Positions 17,148 through 28,105 of a stretch of DNA of 64,000 nucleotides are shown here, piece after piece. A program made the position numbers and the translations under genes. Origin of the DNA: an uncultured Candidatus Saccharibacteria bacterium. GTDB taxonomy: Bacteria > Patescibacteriota > Saccharimonadia > Saccharimonadales > UBA4665. The notes beneath the pieces are model-generated. The model worked only from the letters and a program-made list of their open reading frames with translations, was not told the origin of the DNA and did no database searches. Numbering within the stretch: the stretch's first letter is position 1; each line of letters starts with the position of its first letter. The stretch covers positions 124,182 to 188,181 of the forward strand of contig CAWIDU010000001.1 in NCBI GenBank assembly GCA_963835055.1, in the 5' to 3' direction.

Positions 17148-19589
17148 ATGGAACCAACTAATTCCGACCAACCGCACGGAGATAATGTTATTGCGTCAGA
17201 ACCGCCTAAAACTAAAAAGCTATCATTCAACAATTCTATCTGGAAAAAGCCCCAGTTTTTCGCAGTTGTATTACTTGTAGCTGTGGTTGGGGTTTATGTT
17301 GTGGTTAGAAGCTTCGCTTCAACCGTAGCTGAGACCAATGTCTGGAATACGACTGCCGAATGGAATGCCGGCACCCTCAGCAACGTGGCTGTCGCCAATA
17401 ACGCGGTTTCGCTGGCGGCTTCGAGCAATGTAACACCGCCGCCGCCCAATCCCACTCCTACCACCAACCTAGCCCTCAACCGTCCAGTGGTTGCCTCATC
17501 AATTCAGAATGGGAATTTTGCCGGCGCGAATTACTATTTCCCGGCCGCCAATGTCAATGACGGCAATACCGCCACCCGTTGGAGCTCTAACTATTATCTG
17601 AATCCTACCGCCAGCCAGATAAGCTATGCGAATAACCAGTGGATCTACGTCGATCTGGGAGCAACTTACAATGTCAACGAAGTTAAACTCAATTGGGAGG
17701 CAGCTTACGGCCAGGCTTACCAAATCCAAGTCAGTAATGATGCCAAGAACTGGACGACCATTTATAACACCACCACCGGCACCGGTGGTGTTAATGATTT
17801 GACCGGTTTAACTGGCACCGGGCGCTATGTCAGGATGCTCGGTGTTAAACGCGGTACCCAATGGGGTTACTCACTATGGGAAATGGGCGTCTATGGAACA
17901 GTGGCCTCCACACCGACGTCAGACCTGGCTCTTAATAAGCCAGTGACGGTTTCCTCGACCCAAGACGGAACCTATGGTGGGGGCTTCTACAATGAACCAG
18001 CCTCCAACGCTGTTGACGGTAATACTTCTACTCGCTGGAGCAGTAACTACAGTGACCCGCAATGGATCTATGTCGACCTAGGTGCAACTTACAATATCAG
18101 TGAGGTAAAGCTCAATTGGGAGACAGCCTATGGTAAGGCTTACCAAATCCAAGTCAGTAATGATGCCACTAACTGGACTACTATCTATAGCACCACTACC
18201 GGCACTGGTGGTATTAATGACTTAACCGGTCTTAGTGGTTCTGGCAGATATGTCAGGATGTACGGTACCGTTCGTGGCACAGTTAATGGTAACCAGTGGG
18301 GCTACTCACTGTGGGAGATGAGTGTTTATGGGACGCCGCCAGCCGCGAGCACATCGGTTCACGCGAATACTACCCCCGTTTATAACTCTGCTGGTACCAT
18401 TACCCTCGGCTTCGACGCTGGTAGTACAGTTAGCTGGACTGGGCTGACGCCGGTGGCCACGACACCTTCCGGCACTAGCATTACCTATCAAGCCCGGACC
18501 AGTTCTGACAATTCAACTTGGTCGGCCTGGAGTAGCAATGTGGCCAGCCTAGCCGGCAGCCGGTACATACAGATCCAGGCCAGTCTTGGCACTACTAATA
18601 CGGCTATCACGCCCGTGTTGTCCAGTCTGACACTTGGTTACAATATTACCGTTGCCGCGCCGACTGCCTCGCTGCAAGTAGGCTCACCGGCTTCTAGCAG
18701 CGCCACTATTACTTCTGGGCAAAGCACCCAATTAACTTGGAGTTCTACCAACGCTACCAGCTGTACGGCGTCCGGTGCGTGGAGTGGCAACCAAGCTACA
18801 TCCGGTTCAGCTACAATTTCGCCAACGGCTACTTCTACCTATGGCTTAGCTTGTAGCGGCGCGGGCGGCACATCTAGTACAAGTTCAGTAACCGTTACAG
18901 TTAATAGCACCACCGGCGGCACAGCCCCGGCATTGCCCTCTGGTGTCACAGGAACCTTCGTCGGCAGCGAAACTGGTGCCCAGCTATATGCAGATTCAGG
19001 TTGGCAGAAGTCCACCAACGGCAATCTGACGCCATCATCGGGTTGTGCGGCCACCTCAGCCACGATAACGGTTTCGGGCACCTATATGGATTTGTACACG
19101 CCGGCATCTCATGCCTGGGACTGTGCCGGTATTGAGTCGAACGCTACCGTCGAACCGGGCCATATCTATCAGCTCCGGGAAAATATTCCGGCGGCGGCCA
19201 ATGGCTACATAGCCGACTATCCTTCCTGGTGGACGACAGATGCTCCGTGGGACAACGAGATTGATATGGCCGAAGAGAATGCTTGGAACTACTCAGTCGT
19301 TCCCCCCGGTGAAATGTGCCTAGACATCCATCTTAACCAGGGTAGCCAGAACACATCTGCTGACTGCCAGACTGAGGCCGGCGGTTGGCAAATCTACACC
19401 TTCGTTTGGAACGCTAACGGTAACGTCACGATGTACTACAACGGCGCCAAGATAGTGCCGGAAGGCGGCCCGACTGCCTCCACCGGGACCAATCAGCACA
19501 TGATACTTTGGAATGACAACACTGGTGGTGTTGGCATGATCAACTCCACCGTCCAGGTTGACTACCTGGCAACCTGGACAACTAACTAG
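17148..19589 (+). CDS. Secreted 813-aa protein: N-terminal anchor, two F5/8 type C (discoidin) domains, S/T-rich Ig-like region, C-terminal GH16-like ConA-fold domain
   Basis: DGNT.TRWSS...QWIYVDLGATYN..EVKLNWE.AYG.AYQIQVSNDA.NWTTIY appears twice. The C-terminal PSWWTTDAPWDNEIDMAEE fits the GH16 ExDxxE motif. Confidence 0.85.
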   Translation: MEPTNSDQPHGDNVIASEPPKTKKLSFNNSIWKKPQFFAVVLLVAVVGVYVVVRSFASTVAETNVWNTTAEWNAGTLSNVAVANNAVSLAASSNVTPPPPNPTPTTNLALNRPVVASSIQNGNFAGANYYFPAANVNDGNTATRWSSNYYLNPTASQISYANNQWIYVDLGATYNVNEVKLNWEAAYGQAYQIQVSNDAKNWTTIYNTTTGTGGVNDLTGLTGTGRYVRMLGVKRGTQWGYSLWEMGVYGTVASTPTSDLALNKPVTVSSTQDGTYGGGFYNEPASNAVDGNTSTRWSSNYSDPQWIYVDLGATYNISEVKLNWETAYGKAYQIQVSNDATNWTTIYSTTTGTGGINDLTGLSGSGRYVRMYGTVRGTVNGNQWGYSLWEMSVYGTPPAASTSVHANTTPVYNSAGTITLGFDAGSTVSWTGLTPVATTPSGTSITYQARTSSDNSTWSAWSSNVASLAGSRYIQIQASLGTTNTAITPVLSSLTLGYNITVAAPTASLQVGSPASSSATITSGQSTQLTWSSTNATSCTASGAWSGNQATSGSATISPTATSTYGLACSGAGGTSSTSSVTVTVNSTTGGTAPALPSGVTGTFVGSETGAQLYADSGWQKSTNGNLTPSSGCAATSATITVSGTYMDLYTPASHAWDCAGIESNATVEPGHIYQLRENIPAAANGYIADYPSWWTTDAPWDNEIDMAEENAWNYSVVPPGEMCLDIHLNQGSQNTSADCQTEAGGWQIYTFVWNANGNVTMYYNGAKIVPEGGPTASTGTNQHMILWNDNTGGVGMINSTVQVDYLATWTTN
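17466..18335 (+). repeat. Tandem duplication of the discoidin-domain coding unit (period 423 nt)
   Basis: The 32-nt string ggcttaccaaatccaagtcagtaatgatgcca is identical at 17714 and 18137. The surrounding protein repeats are about 75-80% identical by eye. Confidence 0.9.
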
Positions 19590-19592
19590 CGG

Positions 19593-21254
19593 CTAGATTT
19601 GCACCTTGACCGGTTTGAAGATAATTTTGCGCAGGCGGGCGAATAACGGACGCACTTCGTCGAGGCCGAACAGCGCTGAGACGCAGACGTGGACAGTGAA
19701 AGTCACAGCCGCAATAATCGCCAGCTTGGAGCCGAGAGCGATAATACCCTTGTCGGCAATTTGCAATGGATAGATTGAAACCATAATGAAGCCAGCCACC
19801 ACGCTGAAGCCGCTGACCGAGGCGATTCGCCACAACCCACCCCAGAAATAGCCATCGAACAACTGGTGGTCGCGCATCAGCATAATAGTCGATAGGATGA
19901 AAACCTCGGTAGCAGCAACGATTGATTGGGCGATTGCCAAGCCGGAGACGCCGTACTCGCCGGGCCGCGTCAGTATGATGGCCAGGAAAATGTTCAAAGC
20001 AATGGCGAATAGTGAGACGAACAACGGCGTGCGGGTGTCTTTCTGGGCGTAAAACCAGCGCGAGATGATGGAATAGATAATCCGGAAGAAAATGGCTGCC
20101 ACCAGGAAGCCGAAAATGGTGGCGATCTGTTCGTTGCCGCGGGCGTAAATCAACCGGGCTAAGTAGCCGCGGCCGAAGTAGCAAACAATCACCAGCGGCG
20201 CGGCGATCCAGATCATGGCTCGCAGCACGCGCAGGAAATCACGCCGGAAAAGATCGGGCCGGCCCTGGCTGAGTCGGGCGTTGAGCCGCGGGAAAGCCGC
20301 CGTGCTGATGGCCGTGCCGAGCAGAATGATCGGCGCCGTGCTCAGAATGTAGGCGTTGCTGAAATTGCTAATCGAGCCAGCGCCCAGGCCGCTGGCGATG
20401 TGCGTTTCGACAATGTCTTCGACTTGGTCAACGCCTTGGTCCAGCGAGCGCGGTGGCAGGTTGCGCAGCACGGTGTGGAAACCGGTGCCGCGCCACTTGA
20501 TACCCGGCTGCCAGCGGAAGCCAGTCTTCCACAGCCCGCTGGAGATTACGACTAGTTGCAGAATGGCTCCGGCCAGCGCCCCGATGCCAAGGCCCACCAG
20601 TCCGATGCTATTCTTGAAAATAAAAATGCTGGCGATAATCGACAAGTTATAAAACAACGGCGCGGCGGCATAGAAAAAGAAGCGGCCCAGAGTCTGCTGG
20701 ACAGCCGATAGGATACCGGAAATGGTAAATAATAGCGGGTTGAAAGCCAATAGCCGCATAATGGTCGCCGCTGTGTTCAGCTGGGCCGGCGTTAGTCCCG
20801 GCGCCACGACGTGCCGGATTAATGGTTTGGCGAAAATCAGAATAATAATCGCTACGGCGAGCATGATCATGGCCAACAGGTTCATTAGCGACGACGACAG
20901 CTCCCACATGCCTTTCTTGTCACCGTTATATAGGCGGTCAGACAACACCGGGATGAAAGCCACGCCCAAGGCGCCAGCGGCTAGCGTAAAGAAGAAGAAA
21001 TCTGGCACGCTAAAAGCCGCGAAGTAGGCGTCGGTGCTATGCGGCCCAGTGAGGGGAAAATTACCATTGACCAACTTAGTGCGCAGGAAACCCAGCAGCT
21101 GGCCAGTGAAAGCCGTGGCCATTAATAGCGCCGCCACATTACTGAGGCTGGTCGGTTTCTTTTTTTCTGCGGGGGTTGGGTTCAAATCACTTCCAGTATA
21201 AAACAGCCGACCGCGCGATAACAGGCCAAATGGCGCGCTTGTAGACTTTTTCAC
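19593..21254 (-). CDS. murJ: Lipid II flippase MurJ (MviN)
   Basis: 553 aa, multi-pass. GFLRTKLV...TDAYFAAFSVPDFFF...GALGVAFIPVLS is typical of MurJ. Confidence 0.9.
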   Translation of the reverse strand: MKKSTSAPFGLLSRGRLFYTGSDLNPTPAEKKKPTSLSNVAALLMATAFTGQLLGFLRTKLVNGNFPLTGPHSTDAYFAAFSVPDFFFFTLAAGALGVAFIPVLSDRLYNGDKKGMWELSSSLMNLLAMIMLAVAIIILIFAKPLIRHVVAPGLTPAQLNTAATIMRLLAFNPLLFTISGILSAVQQTLGRFFFYAAAPLFYNLSIIASIFIFKNSIGLVGLGIGALAGAILQLVVISSGLWKTGFRWQPGIKWRGTGFHTVLRNLPPRSLDQGVDQVEDIVETHIASGLGAGSISNFSNAYILSTAPIILLGTAISTAAFPRLNARLSQGRPDLFRRDFLRVLRAMIWIAAPLVIVCYFGRGYLARLIYARGNEQIATIFGFLVAAIFFRIIYSIISRWFYAQKDTRTPLFVSLFAIALNIFLAIILTRPGEYGVSGLAIAQSIVAATEVFILSTIMLMRDHQLFDGYFWGGLWRIASVSGFSVVAGFIMVSIYPLQIADKGIIALGSKLAIIAAVTFTVHVCVSALFGLDEVRPLFARLRKIIFKPVKVQI

Positions 21255-21281
21255 CCCGGCCTATACTATCTGGGAAGGACA

Positions 21282-22340
21282 ATGCTAATGGATCCGCTAA
21301 AAACATACATCACGCAAGCTCGCCAACAAGGTCAAACGAACGGCCAAATTCTGGAGACGCTGGTCGGCGCCGGCTGGGATGCCGGCATGGTCAGAGACGG
21401 GCTGGGCATGCCGCCGCTTCGACCAATGGTCGGATCGGTTCCGGTCGAGCCAGCGGTTCGGCCGCTAATCAGTACCACTCGGCCATCCCTGGCCGCCCAG
21501 AATAAATTACAAGCCCGACTGAAAGCCGGGATCAGCGTCATTATACTGCTGGCCGTCGTTGGCCTGATCTATGCCTTGGTCAATCGCCAGGCCAGTTATC
21601 AGGCTGTAGCTCAGGAATTTATCAGCGCCTTGCAGAAGAAAGATAAGGCCAAGGCCGACAGCCTAGAGAGTCCGGCTCTGAAAACTTTTCTCCAGAAAAA
21701 TGCCAACGCCGCCAGTTTCTACACTGTTTGCCAACAATCCGGCAGCCTTTGTACGGCCAGCTTCAATAATTCTTACCTGGCCAAAGCTACCAAAACCTAT
21801 AGGGACTACACGGCTGCCAGTGGCACCAAGGGTAAAGAGATTATCTATACGGTTAAGCAAACGGCGAGCGGCGCGGCCGCTGGGGGTAGCGGCTGCAGTA
21901 GCGGCAGCACTGAAACGATCACCCTAGCTTTCGTGCCAAAAGGCCACTCCTGGCTAGTTGATTTTATCGACCAGGACATCGATGCCCAGGCCCAGCTCTG
22001 CGGATTAGGCGGCAGTCAGAGCAGTGTCAGCACATCAAACTCAAGCGCCGACAATGACGCCCAGGCCAAGTCCCAAGCTGAAGCCATCGAAAGTATGCTG
22101 GAGAGTTACTTCACTAATTACGGTTACTATCCCGGCGATCTGACACCTGGCCCGTTAATCAGCCAACCCGGATTTTCCGGAGGTTCGGCCAGCAATTTCA
22201 CGGCGCCAAGCGGCACCAAGTTTATTTATAGTCCTTCGCCGAGTGGTTGCACGACCGACAATCAGCAATGCCAGCACTACACGCTCGAAGCTGCTGAAAC
22301 CAACGGCACGGTCATCGACACCATTAAATCGTTTAATTAA
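21282..22340 (+). CDS. Membrane-anchored extracellular protein with a pilin-like C-terminal module
   Basis: One TM segment (ISVIILLAVVGLIYALV). The C-terminal DNDAQAKSQAEAIESMLESYFTNYGYYPGDL resembles the pilin-globular-domain start motif but has no prepilin signal. Confidence 0.75.
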   Translation: MLMDPLKTYITQARQQGQTNGQILETLVGAGWDAGMVRDGLGMPPLRPMVGSVPVEPAVRPLISTTRPSLAAQNKLQARLKAGISVIILLAVVGLIYALVNRQASYQAVAQEFISALQKKDKAKADSLESPALKTFLQKNANAASFYTVCQQSGSLCTASFNNSYLAKATKTYRDYTAASGTKGKEIIYTVKQTASGAAAGGSGCSSGSTETITLAFVPKGHSWLVDFIDQDIDAQAQLCGLGGSQSSVSTSNSSADNDAQAKSQAEAIESMLESYFTNYGYYPGDLTPGPLISQPGFSGGSASNFTAPSGTKFIYSPSPSGCTTDNQQCQHYTLEAAETNGTVIDTIKSFN

Positions 22341-22342
22341 AT

Positions 22343-24226
<1,884 letters not shown>

Positions 24227-24261
24227 GACTGAAATATTATACCTCAGCCATTATTTTCTGC

Positions 24262-25149
24262 CTAGCGCTCCCGGCCTTCGAGTGCCAAATAACTCTTGTG
24301 CACCGCCATGGAATGTCCCCGCCGAACATCGAAATGCTGCCCCGGCCGGGCCGTCTTGGCAGCCACCACCAGCCGCTCCAAGCTCCGCCGGTCGAAGCCG
24401 GACAAATTATGGGCAATCAACCAGGCGGCCATCACCTCGCGGGCCACCTCGTGTGGCAGGTGAATGAACCAAGCCCGGTCCAGCCGGCCGCGCCGCGACT
24501 GGGTGTGCAGCGCCCGGACCAGGGCGTCGTCGATTTGCCGGTTAATCCCCCGCAGCTCTGTGATGTTGCCGGCCAACTTAACTCGGCTGGCGGCATCGAG
24601 CCGCGGCAGCAAATGGCGCCGGATACGGTTGCGGGCGTATTTCTCGTCCTGGTTGGTGCTGTCCTCGCGCCAATGCAAACCCTGTTCCCGGGCATAGGCG
24701 ACAATGTCCTGCTTGGACACGCCGAGCAGCGGCCGCTCGATGTCGTGCCGGCTGGCCAGTGATGTCAACCCACGGCGACCGCTGCCCCGCAGAACGTTGA
24801 AAACAGCTGTTTCCAGCACATCGTCGCCGTGGTGAGCCGTAACGATCGCTCGGGCGGCGCTAGTCTGGCGAATTTTATACAAAAAGTCATAGCGCGCCCG
24901 CCGCGCAGCCGCTTCACTGGCATTTTCCCCCAAATCCGCCCGGTCATAGACGAAAGGCAATTTGTAGCGCTTCGCCAAATTCTGGACGAACAGCCGATCC
25001 TCAGCCGAATCCGGCCGGATGCCATGGTCGAAATGGGCGACGATTAGCTTCAACTTCGGATTTTTCCGCAAAACATCCAATAGCGTCACCGAATCCACGC
25101 CACCGCTAACAGCCAAAACGTAGGTGCCTGGCTGCAAAGATAAATCCAT
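24262..25149 (-). CDS. tilS: tRNA(Ile)-lysidine synthase TilS (short form)
   Basis: PP-loop VSGGVDS; HFDHGIR; synteny next to ftsH. Confidence 0.9.
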   Translation of the reverse strand: MDLSLQPGTYVLAVSGGVDSVTLLDVLRKNPKLKLIVAHFDHGIRPDSAEDRLFVQNLAKRYKLPFVYDRADLGENASEAAARRARYDFLYKIRQTSAARAIVTAHHGDDVLETAVFNVLRGSGRRGLTSLASRHDIERPLLGVSKQDIVAYAREQGLHWREDSTNQDEKYARNRIRRHLLPRLDAASRVKLAGNITELRGINRQIDDALVRALHTQSRRGRLDRAWFIHLPHEVAREVMAAWLIAHNLSGFDRRSLERLVVAAKTARPGQHFDVRRGHSMAVHKSYLALEGRER

Positions 25150-25164
25150 CCTATAATTATAACC

Positions 25165-25704
25165 GTGAAGAACTTATATTATGTACGCCACGGCGAAAGT
25201 GAGTTTAATAAAGCTGGCAAATGGGCCGGATCAACTGATACGCCGCTGACCAAGAAAGGCCACGCCCAAGCCAAGCAGGCTGGCCAACTAGCCAAGGAAC
25301 AAGCATTGAAATTTGATGTCATTATCAGTTCTCCGCTCAGCCGCGCCCATCACACAGCCCAATACATTGCAGATGGTGTGGGCTATCCAATCGACAAAAT
25401 TCTTATTAAGCCCGAGTTAATGGAACGAGATTTCGGTAAACTGGAAGGTCATAGCCACCTTAAAGCTAGCGCCGCGTATTTGATTGATGAATCCTCAGTT
25501 GATAAATATGGCGGCGAGAGTTTGGCTGATATGCAGAAACGGGCCGATAAATTACTGGAACATTTACAAAGTTTGCCACATGACTCGATTTTAATTGTCG
25601 GTCACAGCTCTTTTGGCCGAGCCTTACGCCGCGCGATTAATAAAGAGCCGCTACATCACCGCGGTGAAAGCTATGATAACGGCAAGATTGTTAAATTGAT
25701 ATGA
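25165..25704 (+). CDS. Histidine phosphatase family protein (phosphoglycerate mutase-like)
   Basis: GTG start; YYVRHGESEFN...TPLTKKGHAQA (RHG motif). Confidence 0.85.
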   Translation: MKNLYYVRHGESEFNKAGKWAGSTDTPLTKKGHAQAKQAGQLAKEQALKFDVIISSPLSRAHHTAQYIADGVGYPIDKILIKPELMERDFGKLEGHSHLKASAAYLIDESSVDKYGGESLADMQKRADKLLEHLQSLPHDSILIVGHSSFGRALRRAINKEPLHHRGESYDNGKIVKLI

Positions 25705-26114
25705 ACGAGCCTCGGGTTCGTGTCGGCGTCGGTGTTTTCGTCTGGCGAAATGGTAAATTTATTATGGGCCAGCGGCTTGGTTCACATGGCGCCAATACCT
25801 GGAGCGTACCTGGTGGCCATCTGGAGTTCGGCGAAAGTTGGGAAGATTGCGCCATCCGTGAGGTGCGTGAAGAAACCGGCATGACTGCCAAGAACGTCCG
25901 CCTGCTAGCTGTTACCAACGACCTTTTCCATGGCGATAATAAGCACTACGTAACGCTCTGGGTGGAATGCGATTGGGTGATGGGCGAGCCGGCCATTACC
26001 GAACCAGATAAATGGGTCAACCAGGAATGGCGAACTTTCCAAACCTTGCCTTCACCACTCTTCGAACCCTGCTGGCGTAACTTGCGCCTGACCAAACCCG
26101 AGCTTTTCGCCTAG
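25701..26114 (+). CDS. NUDIX hydrolase
   Basis: Nudix box GGHLEFGESWEDCAIREVREETGM; ATGA overlap with the upstream gene. Confidence 0.9.
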   Translation: MNEPRVRVGVGVFVWRNGKFIMGQRLGSHGANTWSVPGGHLEFGESWEDCAIREVREETGMTAKNVRLLAVTNDLFHGDNKHYVTLWVECDWVMGEPAITEPDKWVNQEWRTFQTLPSPLFEPCWRNLRLTKPELFA

Positions 26115-26162
26115 CCAACAGATGTAAATCGTGCTATATTAACCCCTGTTGCACGTGCCCAG

Positions 26163-26239
26163 GCCGGGGTAGCTCAGTTGGTTAGAGCGTAGGACTCATA
26201 AGCCTAAGGTCGCGAGTTCAAGCCTCGCCCCCGGTACCA
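26163..26239 (+). tRNA. tRNA with CAU anticodon (Met, fMet or lysidine-modified Ile2; not resolvable by eye)
   Basis: Hand-folded cloverleaf. Acceptor GCCGGGG/CCCCGGU (G1-U72 wobble), D-arm GCUC/GAGC, anticodon loop CUCAUAA, T-arm GCGAG-UUCAAGC-CUCGC, encoded CCA. A31-G39 mismatch. Confidence 0.9.
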
Positions 26240-26293
26240 GAATTTTCCGGCACTTGCATTAAAGTCACATAATCTTTAAGCTAAGTCCAGTTT

Positions 26294-26812
26294 ATGGCTA
26301 GATTTGAACATTTCACTCCACCGCCAGCGTTAGCCGCATCTGAGAGACGTGACTGGCGAAATAATCCAACGGGACATGGTTTCCTAGTCGGACATCTGCC
26401 TGAGCCAACTCCAATCGCCCATACCGCCGAGAACGACCATTTTTTCTTGTACAACCCGGCAACGGATCGTTTCGAAGTTGTTTATCAAAGTTCCTATACT
26501 ATCGTTCAACAGCTAGAAATCACAGAAGAGATTAACCGGACAATGCCGTGGTTGCCGGACTTGCGCTTGCCGCGTGACAGACACCTGTCATTTATTGACA
26601 AGCGCGGCAACTTTTATAATTTGGCGCTATTGGAAGGTTTGAAAACCGAGGAAATTAGTAATGGGGCGCTCCACCAGAAACACACAGCTACATTTAATAT
26701 TGCTGCTGGCGATACCTACGAACCGCTGACGATTCCCATCGATGATATTTATTGCCTATCGCTCGCGGCTCACCCCAACACATGGGTATCCATGGGCGGC
26801 GATAATAGTTAA
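26294..26812 (+). CDS. Hypothetical 172-aa protein
   Basis: Clean ORF with no recognisable motif. Confidence 0.65.
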   Translation: MARFEHFTPPPALAASERRDWRNNPTGHGFLVGHLPEPTPIAHTAENDHFFLYNPATDRFEVVYQSSYTIVQQLEITEEINRTMPWLPDLRLPRDRHLSFIDKRGNFYNLALLEGLKTEEISNGALHQKHTATFNIAAGDTYEPLTIPIDDIYCLSLAAHPNTWVSMGGDNS

Positions 26813-26836
26813 CCCCTGTCTGCTATTATAATCAGC

Positions 26837-27424
26837 ATGCACTTCGGTATTATCATTTTGGTTTTCGGCGTCATTTTCGTCGCCGAGCTGCCGGACAAAA
26901 GTCTCTTCGCCTCGCTGATCCTCGGTAGCCGCTACCCGAAAAGTTACGTCTGGCTGGGCGCAGCGGCGGCCTTCTTGGTCCATGTCATCATCGCCGTCAC
27001 GGCTGGGAGATTACTGACCCTCTTGCCGCACCGCGTACTGGAATTGGTTATCGGCCTGATTTTCGCCAGCGGAGCCGCCTTGCTTTTCTCTGGCAAACAC
27101 GGTTTCGAAGAGCCGCCCCAGCCGCATTTGAAACCGAAGGAGCTGCATAGCTTTCGCAAGGTTTTCGGCACCGCTTTCGGTGTTATTTTCATCGGCGAAT
27201 GGGGCGACATCACTCAGCTCACGACCGCCAACTATGCCGCCCGCTACCATGATTCGCTCAACGTGGCGATCGGCGCCGTGCTCGGCTTATGGGCCGTCAC
27301 CGCGCTGGCAATCTTTTTCGGGACCAAGGCCCTAGGGCTGGTGCCGCCGCGTGTCCTGCAAACCGTCACCGGACTGGTGCTGATAATTTTCGCCGCCCTG
27401 AGCCTGGTTTCGGCTATCAAATAG
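26837..27424 (+). CDS. UPF0016/GDT1 (TMEM165) family cation (Ca2+/Mn2+) transporter
   Basis: Two E-x-G-D-[KR/I]-[ST]-type motifs (ELPDKS, EWGDIT) and a six-TM layout. Confidence 0.85.
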   Translation: MHFGIIILVFGVIFVAELPDKSLFASLILGSRYPKSYVWLGAAAAFLVHVIIAVTAGRLLTLLPHRVLELVIGLIFASGAALLFSGKHGFEEPPQPHLKPKELHSFRKVFGTAFGVIFIGEWGDITQLTTANYAARYHDSLNVAIGAVLGLWAVTALAIFFGTKALGLVPPRVLQTVTGLVLIIFAALSLVSAIK

Positions 27425-27459
27425 AAAAGTCCCGGGTTTTTGGGCCGGGACTTTTCTTT
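27425..27459 (+). terminator. Rho-independent terminator
   Basis: 11-bp perfect stem AAAAGTCCCGG / CCGGGACTTTT, followed by a T-rich tail, directly after the stop codon. Confidence 0.7.
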
Positions 27460-27714
27460 GGAGTAGCGTCTACAGCTTGCTTAGCAATCTGTCTACTTTT
27501 AGAAGACTGCCGTTAGACGTAGTCGCTAATTCAAACGCCAAACCGTTAGAGGTTGCCATATTGAACCGCTCCTATTTTTGTTTTTATATGTTTGTTTGTG
27601 ATCACGAAACAATACCTATTATACACGTTTTCGACCTTTTGTCAAAGTGTAGTTTTTGTTTCGTTCGATCTAGCCGTATGATAACGCTTAAGCTTATCAG
27701 TTGGCAAGTAGATT

Positions 27715-28056
27715 CTATGAATACTTCGTTGTACTTTTTACAGAGCGGTTGGTGGCCCAGACCGAACCGGCCGCGATAATTAGCAATAATATTGGCAGGC
27801 TTAGTAGGGCTGCATTGAAGTGGTGGGCCGCTAGCACCGGCGCCGGTGTGCCGGTTGAGGCCTGGCTGGTGGTGCCGAGCCGGACATTCGGCAGAGGCCC
27901 AGCGCTTAACGGTATGCCGCTAGTGCTATTAAGCAGGCCGCTGGCAATCCCCGGCTGGACATTACCGGAGGCCGCGCCGGTGCTGCTGCCGTTGGAAATT
28001 TGCGGACTCTGGGTCGTCGATTGGGAACCGGTGTTGGAGGTCGTATTCAGCGCCAT
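27715..28056 (-). CDS. S/T/G-rich 113-aa protein with a C-terminal TM anchor; last ORF of the pilus operon
   Basis: MALNTTSNTGSQSTTQSPQ...; C-terminal LSLPILLLIIAAGSVWATNRSVKS (hydrophobic stretch plus basic tail). Confidence 0.5.
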   Translation of the reverse strand: MALNTTSNTGSQSTTQSPQISNGSSTGAASGNVQPGIASGLLNSTSGIPLSAGPLPNVRLGTTSQASTGTPAPVLAAHHFNAALLSLPILLLIIAAGSVWATNRSVKSTTKYS

Positions 28057-28105
28057 TTACTACTCTATTGTAAAGCAAAACGCCGTGAAACGGTTAGCCG
28101 AAGGA

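Noticed and set aside
19582-20184. 200-aa minus-strand ORF in an alternative frame of murJ
   Set aside because: Arg/His/Pro-rich out-of-frame product inside a full-length MurJ reading frame.
27460-27714. 255-nt AT-rich gap between convergent operons, considered as a possible sRNA locus
   Set aside because: It contains only short imperfect hairpins. I could identify no promoter/terminator pair or known RNA motif.
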